64,000 nucleotides of DNA, from assembly GCA_965223855.1 (NCBI GenBank), contig CBDCXM010000009.1, forward strand, positions 2,432,001-2,496,000, in the 5' to 3' direction. Positions 8,934-18,246 of the stretch are shown one piece after another. Position numbers and translations under genes: made by a program. This DNA is from Candidatus Multivoradales bacterium. GTDB lineage: Bacteria; Acidobacteriota; Thermoanaerobaculia; Multivoradales; JAHEKO01. How positions within the stretch are numbered: the first letter of the stretch is position 1; each line of letters begins with the position of its first letter. Under the pieces are notes generated by a model. The model was given only the letters and a program-made list of their open reading frames with translations, had not been told where the DNA came from and did no database searches.

Positions 8934-11047
8934 GACGAGTGACCGCGAGCGCTCTCGCCCTGATCTTCGTCGGGGCGATGGGCGCGAGCTCTCCGGCCGC
9001 CGCCAAGCGGGTGGTCGCGATCGGCGACGTCCATGGCAGCTTCGATGAGTTCACCGCCATCCTCCGTGCCGCCGAGCTGATCGACGAGGAGGGGCGCTGG
9101 AGTGGTGGTGAGTCGATCTTCGTGCAGACGGGGGATCTGCTTGACCGGGGGGTCGGAGTGCGGGCGGTGATGGATCTGCTGATGGCCCTCGAACCTCAGG
9201 CTGCCGCGGCCGGGGGGCGGATCGTCGGGCTGCTGGGCAATCACGAGGTGATGAACATGGTGGGCGTGCGGCGCGATGTCGCGATGCAGGGACAGTCGCC
9301 GGGTCCCGTCTACGCGACGTTCGCCGATAGCGACTCGAAGCGGCGACAACGGGAGGCGGCCGACGCCTGGAAGCGTTGGCAGGCCCGCTTCCCCGACTGC
9401 GCTCCGGGCAGCAGGAGGGAGTGGCTCGCCGCCCACCCGGAGGGGTACGTCGAGTACGCGACCGCCTTCACGGCGGAGGGGGCCTACGGCAGGTGGCTGC
9501 GTGAGCGCTCCGCGGTCGCCAGGGTCGGCGGGTCGATCTTCGCCCACGGTGGTCTCAGCCCTGAGCTGGCCGCGAGTGGAAAGGGCGGTTCCATCGAGGC
9601 GATCAACGATGCGGTGGCCGCCGAGCTGGCGCGCTGGGACGAGGATTTCGCCTTTCTGGTGGAGGCCGGCGTGGCGCTCGAGTTCAGCGAGTTGACCGAG
9701 GTCTCGTGCGCGCTCGAGCAGGTGCTCGCTCCCTCCGCGGCGGATCCCGGCAGCGGTGCCGATCGGGAGAGGTTCGCCGAGATCGACTCCCGATTCCCGT
9801 CTCCCTCCGGTTGGCTGTCGTTCTCCGGGGACGGTCCCCTCTGGTTTCGCGGCTATGCGAAGTGGGGAGACGAGAAGAGCGGTAGCGTCGATCGGCTGCT
9901 CGCCGCCTACGGGGCCGAGCGATTGGTCGCTGGGCACACGCCGCAGCCGGGGACCGTCGCCTCGCGCTTCGGAGGGAAGGTGTTTCTGATCGACACCGCT
10001 GTCGTCTACGGGGCGGAGGCGAAGGGGCGTCCGGCCGCCCTGGAGCTGATCGATGGCCGGGCATCGGCGATCTATCTCGACGGCACGGTGAGGCTCGACA
10101 TCGACGAGAGCACGCCTGACGCGGGATCGCCGACCGTCGAAGCCGTGCCGTTCCGCTGGTTGGGCGAAGAGGGAGAGGCGTTGCCGTTCGACGATGCCGA
10201 GGCCGTGCGGCAGTTCCTTTCGACTGCCGAGATCGTCTCGATCAGGGCACTTCCCGACGGCGTGACCAAACCGCGGCGGATGGCGATGGAGTCCGGAGGA
10301 GTGCGCGCCAGGGCGGTCTTCCGCTACGTCCACATCGAATCGCTGCGCAAGCGACTGTCGTCCGGCGAGTTCGTCATGTACTTCCGCGACAGCTACGTCA
10401 ACGAGGTGGCCGCCTACGAGCTGGCAGCGCTTTTCGGACTCGACAACATCCCGCCCGTCGTGCTGCGCGAGGTGAGCGGCCAGGAGGGATCGGTGCAGGC
10501 CTGGCTGGAACACTCGATGCGCGAGACCGACCGACGCCAAAGGGGACTCAAACCTCCGAATCAGCGCTACTACAACAACCAGTTCTACCAGATGCGGGTG
10601 TTCGACAACCTGATCCACAACATCGACCGCAACCAGGGCAACTTCCTGTTCGACGAGAACTGGAAGCTGTGGATGATCGATCACACGAGAGCCTTCGCGC
10701 GAGAGAAGAAGAAGCTCTGGGCGCCGGACGAGGTGATCGGTCTCACCCCGGAACTGTGGCGACGGTTGCAGGAAGTCAAGGACGAGGAGATCGTCGCGGC
10801 CCTCGATGCCTACCTCCCCGGACCCGAGCTGCGAGCCCTGCTCGCAAGACGGGAGCTGCTCGTCGAACTCATCCGTCGGAGAATCGCCGAGAGGGGCGAG
10901 GGACGTGTGCTCTTCGATCTCGATCCGGCGAAGCCGGAGGTCGTGGTCACGATCGAGGAACCGCCGCCGTTGCCGGAGGCGGATGTCGAGACCGGAGCCG
11001 AGGCTCAGGCGGGGGGCGAAGCGGAGGACAGTGAGGACGTGAACTAG
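8930..11047 (+). CDS. Exported metallophosphoesterase (Shewanella-like PPP phosphatase) fused to a C-terminal atypical kinase-like domain
   Basis: Signal peptide; GDVHG, GDLLDRG, GNHE, AHGG, GPLWFRG, AGHT, IDT; then AVFR, EVAAYEL..LFGLDNIPPVVLR, GSVQAW, FDNLIHNIDRNQGNFL, WMIDHTRAF (PI3K/PI4K-FAM20-HipA-like). Confidence 0.8.
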   Translation: MRRVTASALALIFVGAMGASSPAAAKRVVAIGDVHGSFDEFTAILRAAELIDEEGRWSGGESIFVQTGDLLDRGVGVRAVMDLLMALEPQAAAAGGRIVGLLGNHEVMNMVGVRRDVAMQGQSPGPVYATFADSDSKRRQREAADAWKRWQARFPDCAPGSRREWLAAHPEGYVEYATAFTAEGAYGRWLRERSAVARVGGSIFAHGGLSPELAASGKGGSIEAINDAVAAELARWDEDFAFLVEAGVALEFSELTEVSCALEQVLAPSAADPGSGADRERFAEIDSRFPSPSGWLSFSGDGPLWFRGYAKWGDEKSGSVDRLLAAYGAERLVAGHTPQPGTVASRFGGKVFLIDTAVVYGAEAKGRPAALELIDGRASAIYLDGTVRLDIDESTPDAGSPTVEAVPFRWLGEEGEALPFDDAEAVRQFLSTAEIVSIRALPDGVTKPRRMAMESGGVRARAVFRYVHIESLRKRLSSGEFVMYFRDSYVNEVAAYELAALFGLDNIPPVVLREVSGQEGSVQAWLEHSMRETDRRQRGLKPPNQRYYNNQFYQMRVFDNLIHNIDRNQGNFLFDENWKLWMIDHTRAFAREKKKLWAPDEVIGLTPELWRRLQEVKDEEIVAALDAYLPGPELRALLARRELLVELIRRRIAERGEGRVLFDLDPAKPEVVVTIEEPPPLPEADVETGAEAQAGGEAEDSEDVN

Positions 11048-12336
11048 CGGTCGGGCCGGCGGGACCGTCGGGGCAGCGCCTCGGCGCCGACCACGACCGG
11101 CCAGGCCGACACGGTTCCGGTCTCGAAGCCGTCGTCGAAGATGGCGCTGATCGAGAAGACTGCGAGCGTGTTGGGGAAGAACCCGGTCACGTAGAGGTGT
11201 CGGGCATCCGGGGAGCTGCGGACATCCGCCGGTGACGAGATTCCCGTGACACCGTCGACCCCCTCGCAGGTCAGCTTCGCCAGCTCGAGGCGTCCTGCCG
11301 CGGCGTCGATGCGAACCGCAGCGATGGCCTGATGAATACCCAGCGTGGCGAAGAGAGTCCTGTCGCTCGTGAAGCCCAGCTTGGCTGCTGGATCGGCCGC
11401 GTTGGGGGTACAGCCTCCCTGGGAGGGCGGATTGGGCAACTCGGCGAGCAGCTTCAGATCGCCGGTGGTCGGGTCGCGTGCGAGGAGAGTCAGCCAGTCG
11501 AATCCTTCGAGGAACGTCTGACTCGCGGCCACCACGAAGTGGCCGTCCGGACTGACGGCTACATCGGTGACCAGGTCGAGCCAGCCCGAGCTTGCGACCG
11601 CGTCTCCGAACGCCAGCGAGCCATCGGCCCCGCGCGCGAAGTGAATCACGCTGTCGTCGAGTACCGAAGCGACGTAGAGCGAACTGCCGTCCGGGGAGAG
11701 GTTCAGCCCGAGCGGAGCAGAGAGCCCGGTCACCCCGTCGACGCCGTCGACGACCGCCTCGAGGTACGTCAGCCTTCCCGAGGCCGAGCGTTCGAAGACC
11801 GCCACGGCGGAATCGCTGAGACCGGCCACGTAGAGGTGCCGGTCGTCAGGCGAGAGCACCAGATCCCGAGCACCGTCGAGTCCGTCGACGCCCCCGATCC
11901 CGTCGATCAGGGTCTGGTCGAGTTGGAGCAGCCCGGTCGACGGGTCGCGCTGCCACACACTCACCTGGTCCGACTGTGCCGAGGCGGCGTAGATTTGCAG
12001 GCCGTCGGAGGACACGGCGAGAGCGGCGACCAGCGCCAACGACGTGTCGAACGCCCGCTGGACGAAGGTGAGCAGCCCGGTCGACGGGTCCCGCTCGAAC
12101 ACCACCAGGGAGCGGCCGCTGGTGGCGGCGACGACAACGTGCCGTCCGTCGGGAGTGACCGCGACCTCGATCGGCTGCTGCAGGCCGGTGATTCCCGACG
12201 TTCCGTCCTCGAGGACCTGCAGGAAGCGGAGTGCGGCAGAGCCGCTCGCCGGAGCCGCCGCAGCGAGCAGGAAGCCGAGCAGCAGCGCAGGGACGAGGCG
12301 GCGGAGACCGTATCGGGCACGAGTGGGCGGGAGCAT
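11044..12336 (-). CDS. Secreted lactonase-type beta-propeller protein with IFDDGFETG..W tag near the C-terminus
   Basis: Signal peptide; repeated SPDGRHLYVA..DSAVAVFERD..TG.L blades and DGVDGVTGL repeats. Confidence 0.8.
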   Translation of the reverse strand: MLPPTRARYGLRRLVPALLLGFLLAAAAPASGSAALRFLQVLEDGTSGITGLQQPIEVAVTPDGRHVVVAATSGRSLVVFERDPSTGLLTFVQRAFDTSLALVAALAVSSDGLQIYAASAQSDQVSVWQRDPSTGLLQLDQTLIDGIGGVDGLDGARDLVLSPDDRHLYVAGLSDSAVAVFERSASGRLTYLEAVVDGVDGVTGLSAPLGLNLSPDGSSLYVASVLDDSVIHFARGADGSLAFGDAVASSGWLDLVTDVAVSPDGHFVVAASQTFLEGFDWLTLLARDPTTGDLKLLAELPNPPSQGGCTPNAADPAAKLGFTSDRTLFATLGIHQAIAAVRIDAAAGRLELAKLTCEGVDGVTGISSPADVRSSPDARHLYVTGFFPNTLAVFSISAIFDDGFETGTVSAWPVVVGAEALPRRSRRPDR

Positions 12337-12473
12337 GGTGGAGCAGATTCAGAGTCCGAGCCGGATCGCGAGGACTCTCCGGGTGAGTGCCTGCTGCGAG
12401 GCGAGAGGTTCAGAAGCTGGCGGTGCTCTCGGAGCAGCGACTATGCTGCTGCGAAACGTCGAGGGAGGTTGCC

Positions 12474-13325
12474 ATGGTGACAGTTCAACGGTGGATCCGC
12501 AGGGTTCTGAGCCCGGCCCGCGACCAGGCGCCGATCGGCTTCGCGCTGCTGCTGATGCTGCCGGCCGGCGGCGCTGTGGCCGACGAACGAGCTCTCGATC
12601 TTGCCGGCGCGCGGCTCGTCGATCTCACCTGGACGCTGGGCGAGGAGACCCTCTACTGGCCGACTTCGCCGTCGCGCTTCGAGCTGCAGGTGCTGGCGCA
12701 CGGTGAGACCGAGGCCGGCTTCTTCTACGCGGCGAACTCCTTCTGCACGCCCGAGCATGGCGGGACGCACCTCGACGCACCGATCCACTTCGCCAGGGAC
12801 CGTTGGACAGCGGAGGAGATCCCGGTCGAGCGACTGGCCGGCCCGCTGGTGGTGATCGACGTCAGCGAGGCGGCGGCTGAAGCGGAGGAGTACCTGCTCT
12901 CATCGGAAGACGTGAACCGCTACGAGGAGGCTCACGGCCGGATCGCTCCCGGTTCGATCGTCATGCTCCGCACCGGCTGGGACCGCTTCTGGCCCGAGGC
13001 CCGCGCCTATCTGGGCGATGACACGCCGGGCGACGCATCGAAGCTCAGGTTCCCCTCCTACGGCGTTGCCGCGGTGCAGCTCCTCGTCGAGCGGGGCGTC
13101 GCCGCGCTGGGTGTCGACACCGCCAGCATCGACCCCGGAAGCTCGACCGACTTCCCCGTCCATCGGCTGGCGAACGAGGCGAATCTCTACGGCCTCGAGA
13201 ACGTAGCCCGGCTGGGAGAGGTACCCGCCAGCGGCGCCTGGGTCTTCGCCCTGCCGACCAAGATCGAGGGCGGCTCGGGCGCGCCGGTCAGGATCGTCGC
13301 CGTGGTCGGCCGATCCACGCAGTAG
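12474..13325 (+). CDS. Cyclase family (kynurenine formamidase-like) metallohydrolase
   Basis: EHGGTHLDAPIHF, MLRTGW, GVDTASID, GLENV, GGSGAPVRIVA; GGAGG before ATG; possible signal peptide. Confidence 0.9.
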   Translation: MVTVQRWIRRVLSPARDQAPIGFALLLMLPAGGAVADERALDLAGARLVDLTWTLGEETLYWPTSPSRFELQVLAHGETEAGFFYAANSFCTPEHGGTHLDAPIHFARDRWTAEEIPVERLAGPLVVIDVSEAAAEAEEYLLSSEDVNRYEEAHGRIAPGSIVMLRTGWDRFWPEARAYLGDDTPGDASKLRFPSYGVAAVQLLVERGVAALGVDTASIDPGSSTDFPVHRLANEANLYGLENVARLGEVPASGAWVFALPTKIEGGSGAPVRIVAVVGRSTQ

Positions 13326-13588
13326 GCGGCGAGACGGTTCCACCTGGTGGGTGACGGCGCATAGGCCGTCGAGTGGCCGGCTTGCTCGCTTGCCGAGGCC
13401 CGCAGCTTTGCCTTCGGCTTGTCCCGGTCGGGCCGGAGGAGGCCGTTGACCGGTTGCCGCCTTCGCGCATACCGATCGATCGCCTGGCCCGATAGCGGCC
13501 GGCTCACCGTTCTACTTTACAGAGCAACCTGTCGCGATACGCCCAAGGCTGCTAGTCTTCATGAACCACTTACTGGAAAGGAAGTTCG

Positions 13589-15688
13589 ATGCGGCCGCGG
13601 GGTAACCGGCGGCTCGCCGTTGTGGCGTGCCTGTGTTGGGGATTTGCCTGGAGCGTGGAAGCCGACTCCAGGGGGAGTTCCAGGCAGGGGGTCTTCGACC
13701 GGGACGGCCAGGCGGTGACCTGGTATGACGGCAGCTACGCGCTGCTCATCGGAGTCAGCGAGTACCGCCACTGGCCGGACCTCGACAGCATTCCCGGCGA
13801 ACTGAGGAAGTTGGCGGCCGCGCTCGAACGAAACGGCTTCGAGGTCTTCACTCATCTGGATCCGACCTCGGATGAGCTGCGGTCCGCCTATCGCGACTTC
13901 ATCAACGCCCACGGACGCCAACCGCATCACCGATTGGTGCTCTTCTTTTCCGGGCACGGCTACACACGAGAAGCCACCGTAGGAAGACTGGGCTACATCG
14001 TTCCCTCGGATGCGCCGAGGCCCGAGGACGATCTCGACGGATTCCTCGCCGCCGCCATGTCGATGGAGGAGGTTTCGACGCTCAGCACCGGTTTCGATGC
14101 GAAGCATGCTCTCTTCGCATTCGACAGTTGCTTTTCCGGCTCGATCTTCGGCTCGCGAGCCGTCAGCCGCCCTCGGTACATCGACAAGAAGACCTCCAAG
14201 CCGGTTCGGATGTTCATCGCCGCCGGCAACGCAGATCAGGAGGTGCCGGCGCAAAGTGTCTTCACGCCGCTCCTTTCCCAGGGTCTGGAAGGGGCCGCCG
14301 ACCTCGACTCGGACGGCTACGTCACCGGCGAGGAGCTCGGGTACTACCTCAACACGCAGGTGAACGGTCGCGACGACATAGATCAGACGCCGCAGTGGGG
14401 CAAGAGCAACCATCCGGCTTTCAAAGAGGGCGACTTCGTTTTTCAGGTGACTCGCGAGCGTCTGACCGCCCAGGCCGCTCAGGTTCGCCTCGCTCGTCAT
14501 CTCGGTGACGTGATCACCCCTGATCTTCTGACCGGCATCGTGGACGCGTTGGCTCCCGAGCACTCCGGACCGCGCCAGGATCAGCTCCTCGATCGGATCG
14601 GGAGGCTGTCGAACGACCGGCGGAGTCAGATGGAGGTGGCTCGCTTCTACGGGCGTCATCGCGAGGAGATCCTGCGCGTCGTTGCGTCCACGCGTTCGTC
14701 GGCGAGTTCGGAGCGCTCCACCGGCTCGAGTTCCCAGTACGAGCGTTCTCGCCTCCGTCGCTCGAGAATCGCGCCCGATGCGCCCGCCACGACGGCGTCG
14801 CCGCTCGCCATCGACCCGGTGCTCCGGGCCGAGAAGGAGATCGCGAGCCTTCCGGCGGGCCGGCGGGGGCAGGCTGTCGCCGACCTCGTCCGCCAGATCC
14901 TCCCCGACCTTGCGCCGGCGGACCTGCGATCGGTAGGGGTTCTCGTCTGGGCGCTAGGGAGGTTCGGCAGCGAGGCGCTGGGGACGTCGGCGGCGATCGC
15001 TCTGGAGTCGGAGTTGCTGGCGCCGCTGCGCGAGACGAGGCCTCCCGGCGGCCTCGAAGGTTGGGTAGCGGTGCCGGGTGGCACCTTCGTCATGGGAGGC
15101 GGCTACTCAGGGCAGCGTGAACGCGAGGTCGAGGTCAGCGGATTCTGCATCCTCGACCACGAGGTCACGAACGACGAGTTCCGTCGACTCGTCCCTCACC
15201 ACGCGGGCGAGGCAGATTTGCCGGCTGTCGGCGTCACCTGGTACCAGGCCCGCGCATACGCCGCGTGGTTGGGAGGGCGGCTGCCGACCGAGGCCGAGTG
15301 GGAGTACGCAGCCCGAGGGGGCTGTGCCGCCCGCTTCTGCGACGCCGCCGGAGCCGAGGTGCACCCCCGAGAGATCGCCTGGTACCGGGACAATGCACGA
15401 GGCTCCCTGCACCCGGTGAGGCAGTTGGAGCCAAGCCCGAGGGGGCTCTACGACATGCTCGGCAACGCCGCCGAGTGGGTCGAAGACTTCCATGGCGAGT
15501 ATCCGACCGAGACTCGTCGCGACCCCGTGGGGGCCGCGAGCGGTGGCGAGCGCGTGGTCCGCGGCGGGTCGTATGTCGACTCGGCCGTTGACCTGATGCC
15601 CGAGAACCGGAGCGGCAGCACCGATGCGAGGTACTACCTCGGCTTCAGGGTGGTGATCCCAGGAAGGGAGACGTGTGGTGCGTTGTAG
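13589..15688 (+). CDS. Secreted caspase-like (peptidase C14) protein with C-terminal FGE/SUMF1-like domain
   Basis: YALLIGVSEY, FFSGHG (His), FDSCFSG (Cys), SVFT..L..GL.GAADLDSDGYVT..EL, QTPQWG; then VPGGTFVMG, HEVTN, RLPTEAEWEYAARG, GLYDMLGNAAEWV, RVVRGGS, LGFRV. Confidence 0.9.
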   Translation: MRPRGNRRLAVVACLCWGFAWSVEADSRGSSRQGVFDRDGQAVTWYDGSYALLIGVSEYRHWPDLDSIPGELRKLAAALERNGFEVFTHLDPTSDELRSAYRDFINAHGRQPHHRLVLFFSGHGYTREATVGRLGYIVPSDAPRPEDDLDGFLAAAMSMEEVSTLSTGFDAKHALFAFDSCFSGSIFGSRAVSRPRYIDKKTSKPVRMFIAAGNADQEVPAQSVFTPLLSQGLEGAADLDSDGYVTGEELGYYLNTQVNGRDDIDQTPQWGKSNHPAFKEGDFVFQVTRERLTAQAAQVRLARHLGDVITPDLLTGIVDALAPEHSGPRQDQLLDRIGRLSNDRRSQMEVARFYGRHREEILRVVASTRSSASSERSTGSSSQYERSRLRRSRIAPDAPATTASPLAIDPVLRAEKEIASLPAGRRGQAVADLVRQILPDLAPADLRSVGVLVWALGRFGSEALGTSAAIALESELLAPLRETRPPGGLEGWVAVPGGTFVMGGGYSGQREREVEVSGFCILDHEVTNDEFRRLVPHHAGEADLPAVGVTWYQARAYAAWLGGRLPTEAEWEYAARGGCAARFCDAAGAEVHPREIAWYRDNARGSLHPVRQLEPSPRGLYDMLGNAAEWVEDFHGEYPTETRRDPVGAASGGERVVRGGSYVDSAVDLMPENRSGSTDARYYLGFRVVIPGRETCGAL

Positions 15689-15758
15689 AGACGGCATGCC
15701 CTCGGACGGCCCGGGCCGTTCGGGGAGCCAGGTTCCAGCCCGACAGGAGGTCGAAGAT

Positions 15759-17327
15759 ATGAGTTCTCGGATCGCTGCGACGTTGACATTGGTGCTGGCC
15801 CTTCTGGCCGCACCTGCGATGGCCCAGAAGGTGACGTTCAAAACCGTGCCTTCGGGTGCGAAGATCTATGTCGAGTCGTCGACCGGATCGAGGAAGCTGC
15901 TCGGTACCGGTACGGCGACCTACAGGCTCCAGAAGAAGCAGCCGAACCGCATCGTGGTCGTCAAGGCCGGGTACGAGTCGCTCGTTCGAGACTTCCCTGT
16001 GATCAAGGGCAGCCGCCGTTCCAAGGCTCCGATCACGCTCGCGCTGGTCAATCGAGTGGTCCAGGTGTCCACGCGGCCCGCAGGAGGGGAGCTGTTCATG
16101 AATGGGGGCAGCCTGGGCACGGCCCCCGTCAATGTCGTCGTGCCGATCGACACGGTCGTGACCGTAGACGCCAAGCTTCCTGGCTACCGTGCGGTCAGCC
16201 GCCGCTACGGCCATCGCGGACCGTCCACGGCTCAATGGCCCCTGACCGACGAGATCGTGTTCCAGACCCGGGTGGTCCAGGTTCGGTCGGATCCGATTCA
16301 CGCGACGCTCGTCGTCGATGGCCAGCCGTTGCGGAAGAACCCCGCGGAGATCGTAATTCCGGACAACCAGTGTGTGCGAGTCGAGGCAACCCGGGCGGGG
16401 TATCGCGGTGACGAGCGGCTCTACTGCAACCAGCCCTCGTCGGATCCTCCTCCTCCGGACGATGTGCTCGAGCTGCAACGAGTGCTCATGCTGCGGGTCA
16501 AACCGGGAGATGCGGTGATCAAGGTGGACGGCGAGTTGATGGGCCAGGGGAGCCTCAGCCTGGTTCTTCCCGAAGAGGGCTGTCGGACGGTCGAGGTCGA
16601 GAAGGAGGGCTACGTGCCCTTCACGGAGTCCTACTGCAATCAGCTTCACGTGCAGGCCCCCCCGACCTCGATGAACATCGAGCTGCGAGACCGGATCGTG
16701 GACATCACTACCGAGCCGAGCCTGGCCGAGATCAGGGTCGACGGCCAGCTCATGCGTGAGGGCAAGTACCGCATGCGGGTCAAGAGGGGCGTCTGCAGGA
16801 ACATCTACATCAGCATGGCCGAGTTCACGAGCTTGAGACGTCAGGTCTGCAACCACCCCGACGAGATCGACTTCGAGCACAACCTGCACTTCACTCTGTC
16901 CAGAGACGAGGCCTACGACTACGCCCGTCCTGCAGAGGATCTCGCCAATCGGAACATCACCGTTCAGGTGCAGGATCCGGACGTCACCTACGATCAGGCC
17001 TGGAAGGTCCTCAGTCGTTCGATTCTCGACGGCTTCGACGTCCTGGAGGTGACCGACAAGGAGACCGGCTATCTGAGGACTGCATGGGAGGTCACCTACT
17101 TCGCCGGCAGCACGGTGCGAACTCGGGTGGTCGCGAAGCTGGGCGCCGAGGATCCGATCACTTTCGTCGTGAAGATCCTGAGCGAGTATGCGGACGGCAA
17201 GAACGTCTCGGCGAGTGACGATCAGGCCTACCGGCCGTGGGACCAGCTCCTTCGCAAGTACGACCCGTTGATGGAGACCGTGCAGAATCGGGTCAGGGGC
17301 ATGACGCTGATGACGATGGAGGAGTGA
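15759..17327 (+). CDS. Secreted protein with five PEGA-like repeats and a C-terminal BamC-like alpha/beta domain
   Basis: AGGAGG RBS; signal peptide; five (T/S)xPxxAx(I/L)xVDG-type repeats; C-terminal AWKVL..GFDVLEVTDKETGYLRTAW. Confidence 0.7.
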   Translation: MSSRIAATLTLVLALLAAPAMAQKVTFKTVPSGAKIYVESSTGSRKLLGTGTATYRLQKKQPNRIVVVKAGYESLVRDFPVIKGSRRSKAPITLALVNRVVQVSTRPAGGELFMNGGSLGTAPVNVVVPIDTVVTVDAKLPGYRAVSRRYGHRGPSTAQWPLTDEIVFQTRVVQVRSDPIHATLVVDGQPLRKNPAEIVIPDNQCVRVEATRAGYRGDERLYCNQPSSDPPPPDDVLELQRVLMLRVKPGDAVIKVDGELMGQGSLSLVLPEEGCRTVEVEKEGYVPFTESYCNQLHVQAPPTSMNIELRDRIVDITTEPSLAEIRVDGQLMREGKYRMRVKRGVCRNIYISMAEFTSLRRQVCNHPDEIDFEHNLHFTLSRDEAYDYARPAEDLANRNITVQVQDPDVTYDQAWKVLSRSILDGFDVLEVTDKETGYLRTAWEVTYFAGSTVRTRVVAKLGAEDPITFVVKILSEYADGKNVSASDDQAYRPWDQLLRKYDPLMETVQNRVRGMTLMTMEE

Positions 17328-17334
17328 CCGAGCG

Positions 17335-18129
17335 CTACCAGCTCTCTTTGACGGCCACCCAGACGCCGTCGAGGAGCTCGAGCTTGATCTCGCCGGTCAC
17401 GGGCTCTCCCTCCATCGTCGCGCTGACGTCGAGGTAGGCGACGTCGCCGACCCGTCTGCCGCCCGTCACTTCGACGGCGGTCGGAGCCATCAGTCGCAGG
17501 AACTCGAGGTTCTCCTGCTGCTCCTCCTCGGGCATCGAACGGAACATCTCCGCCTGCTCGGCGGGGAGCAGAGAGAGGATGAGGTCGGTGTCGTCACCTG
17601 CGAGCGCCTCCGACCAGGCCAGGTAGGCGGCCCCTGCCTCTCCACCGCCGGCCGGCAGCACCTCGCCGGGGAGCTCTGAAGGGAGGGTGGCCGCGAAGTC
17701 GAAGTGGAACGAGACCGCCGAGTCGAAGACCTCGAAGTCGGCGCTCACGGTGCCGGCGTACTCCTCGGGGCCGAAGGTGGTGAAGGCGACCTCGAAGGTC
17801 TGGCCGGAGGAGTTGCCGCTCTGGAAGCAGTAGTTGGTCATCTGCGTCTCGCCGGCGTCATCGACGGTGAACTGAACGGAGCGGTTGCCGAACTCTCCCG
17901 GGCACATGTCGTCGACTTCCAGATAGGGGATTTCCTGCTCGGAGAGGGTGACGAGGACGACCGTCTGTCCCTCCTCCCAGGGGTGCTCCTGTTCGTGGAC
18001 CGTCACGTGGGGCATGGCGATCGACTCGCCGTCCGCCTCCACCGAGCCGGTGGCCTCACCGGCGGAAAGGCCGTCCGGGCAGGCGAATGCAAGCAGCGTG
18101 GCGATGGAGAGTTGCAGGACTCTTTGCAT
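17335..18129 (-). CDS. Secreted acidic hypothetical protein
   Basis: AAGGAG RBS, signal peptide, typical codon usage; beta-rich N-half and an NTF2/DUF4878-like C-terminal part (inference). Confidence 0.7.
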   Translation of the reverse strand: MQRVLQLSIATLLAFACPDGLSAGEATGSVEADGESIAMPHVTVHEQEHPWEEGQTVVLVTLSEQEIPYLEVDDMCPGEFGNRSVQFTVDDAGETQMTNYCFQSGNSSGQTFEVAFTTFGPEEYAGTVSADFEVFDSAVSFHFDFAATLPSELPGEVLPAGGGEAGAAYLAWSEALAGDDTDLILSLLPAEQAEMFRSMPEEEQQENLEFLRLMAPTAVEVTGGRRVGDVAYLDVSATMEGEPVTGEIKLELLDGVWVAVKESW

Positions 18130-18246
18130 CGAGGTACTCCTTCTCGTTGACCGTCTGAGTACGGGACGGCGAGTGTAGCCTGCCGGTGGACGGATGCCGC
18201 AGCCCTGCTACGCTGAGAGCCGGACCTCTCGGCGAAGGAGCGACTC

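Noticed and set aside
13326-13588. Possible ncRNA or gene remnant in the 260-nt gap before the caspase gene
   Set aside because: No recognisable RNA motif or credible ORF; most likely a promoter region.
15060-15688. FGE domain as the maturase for the nearby sulfatase
   Set aside because: It lacks the catalytic Cys pair after RGGS (reads RGGSYVDSAVDL), so it is a non-catalytic FGE/SUMF1-like fold.
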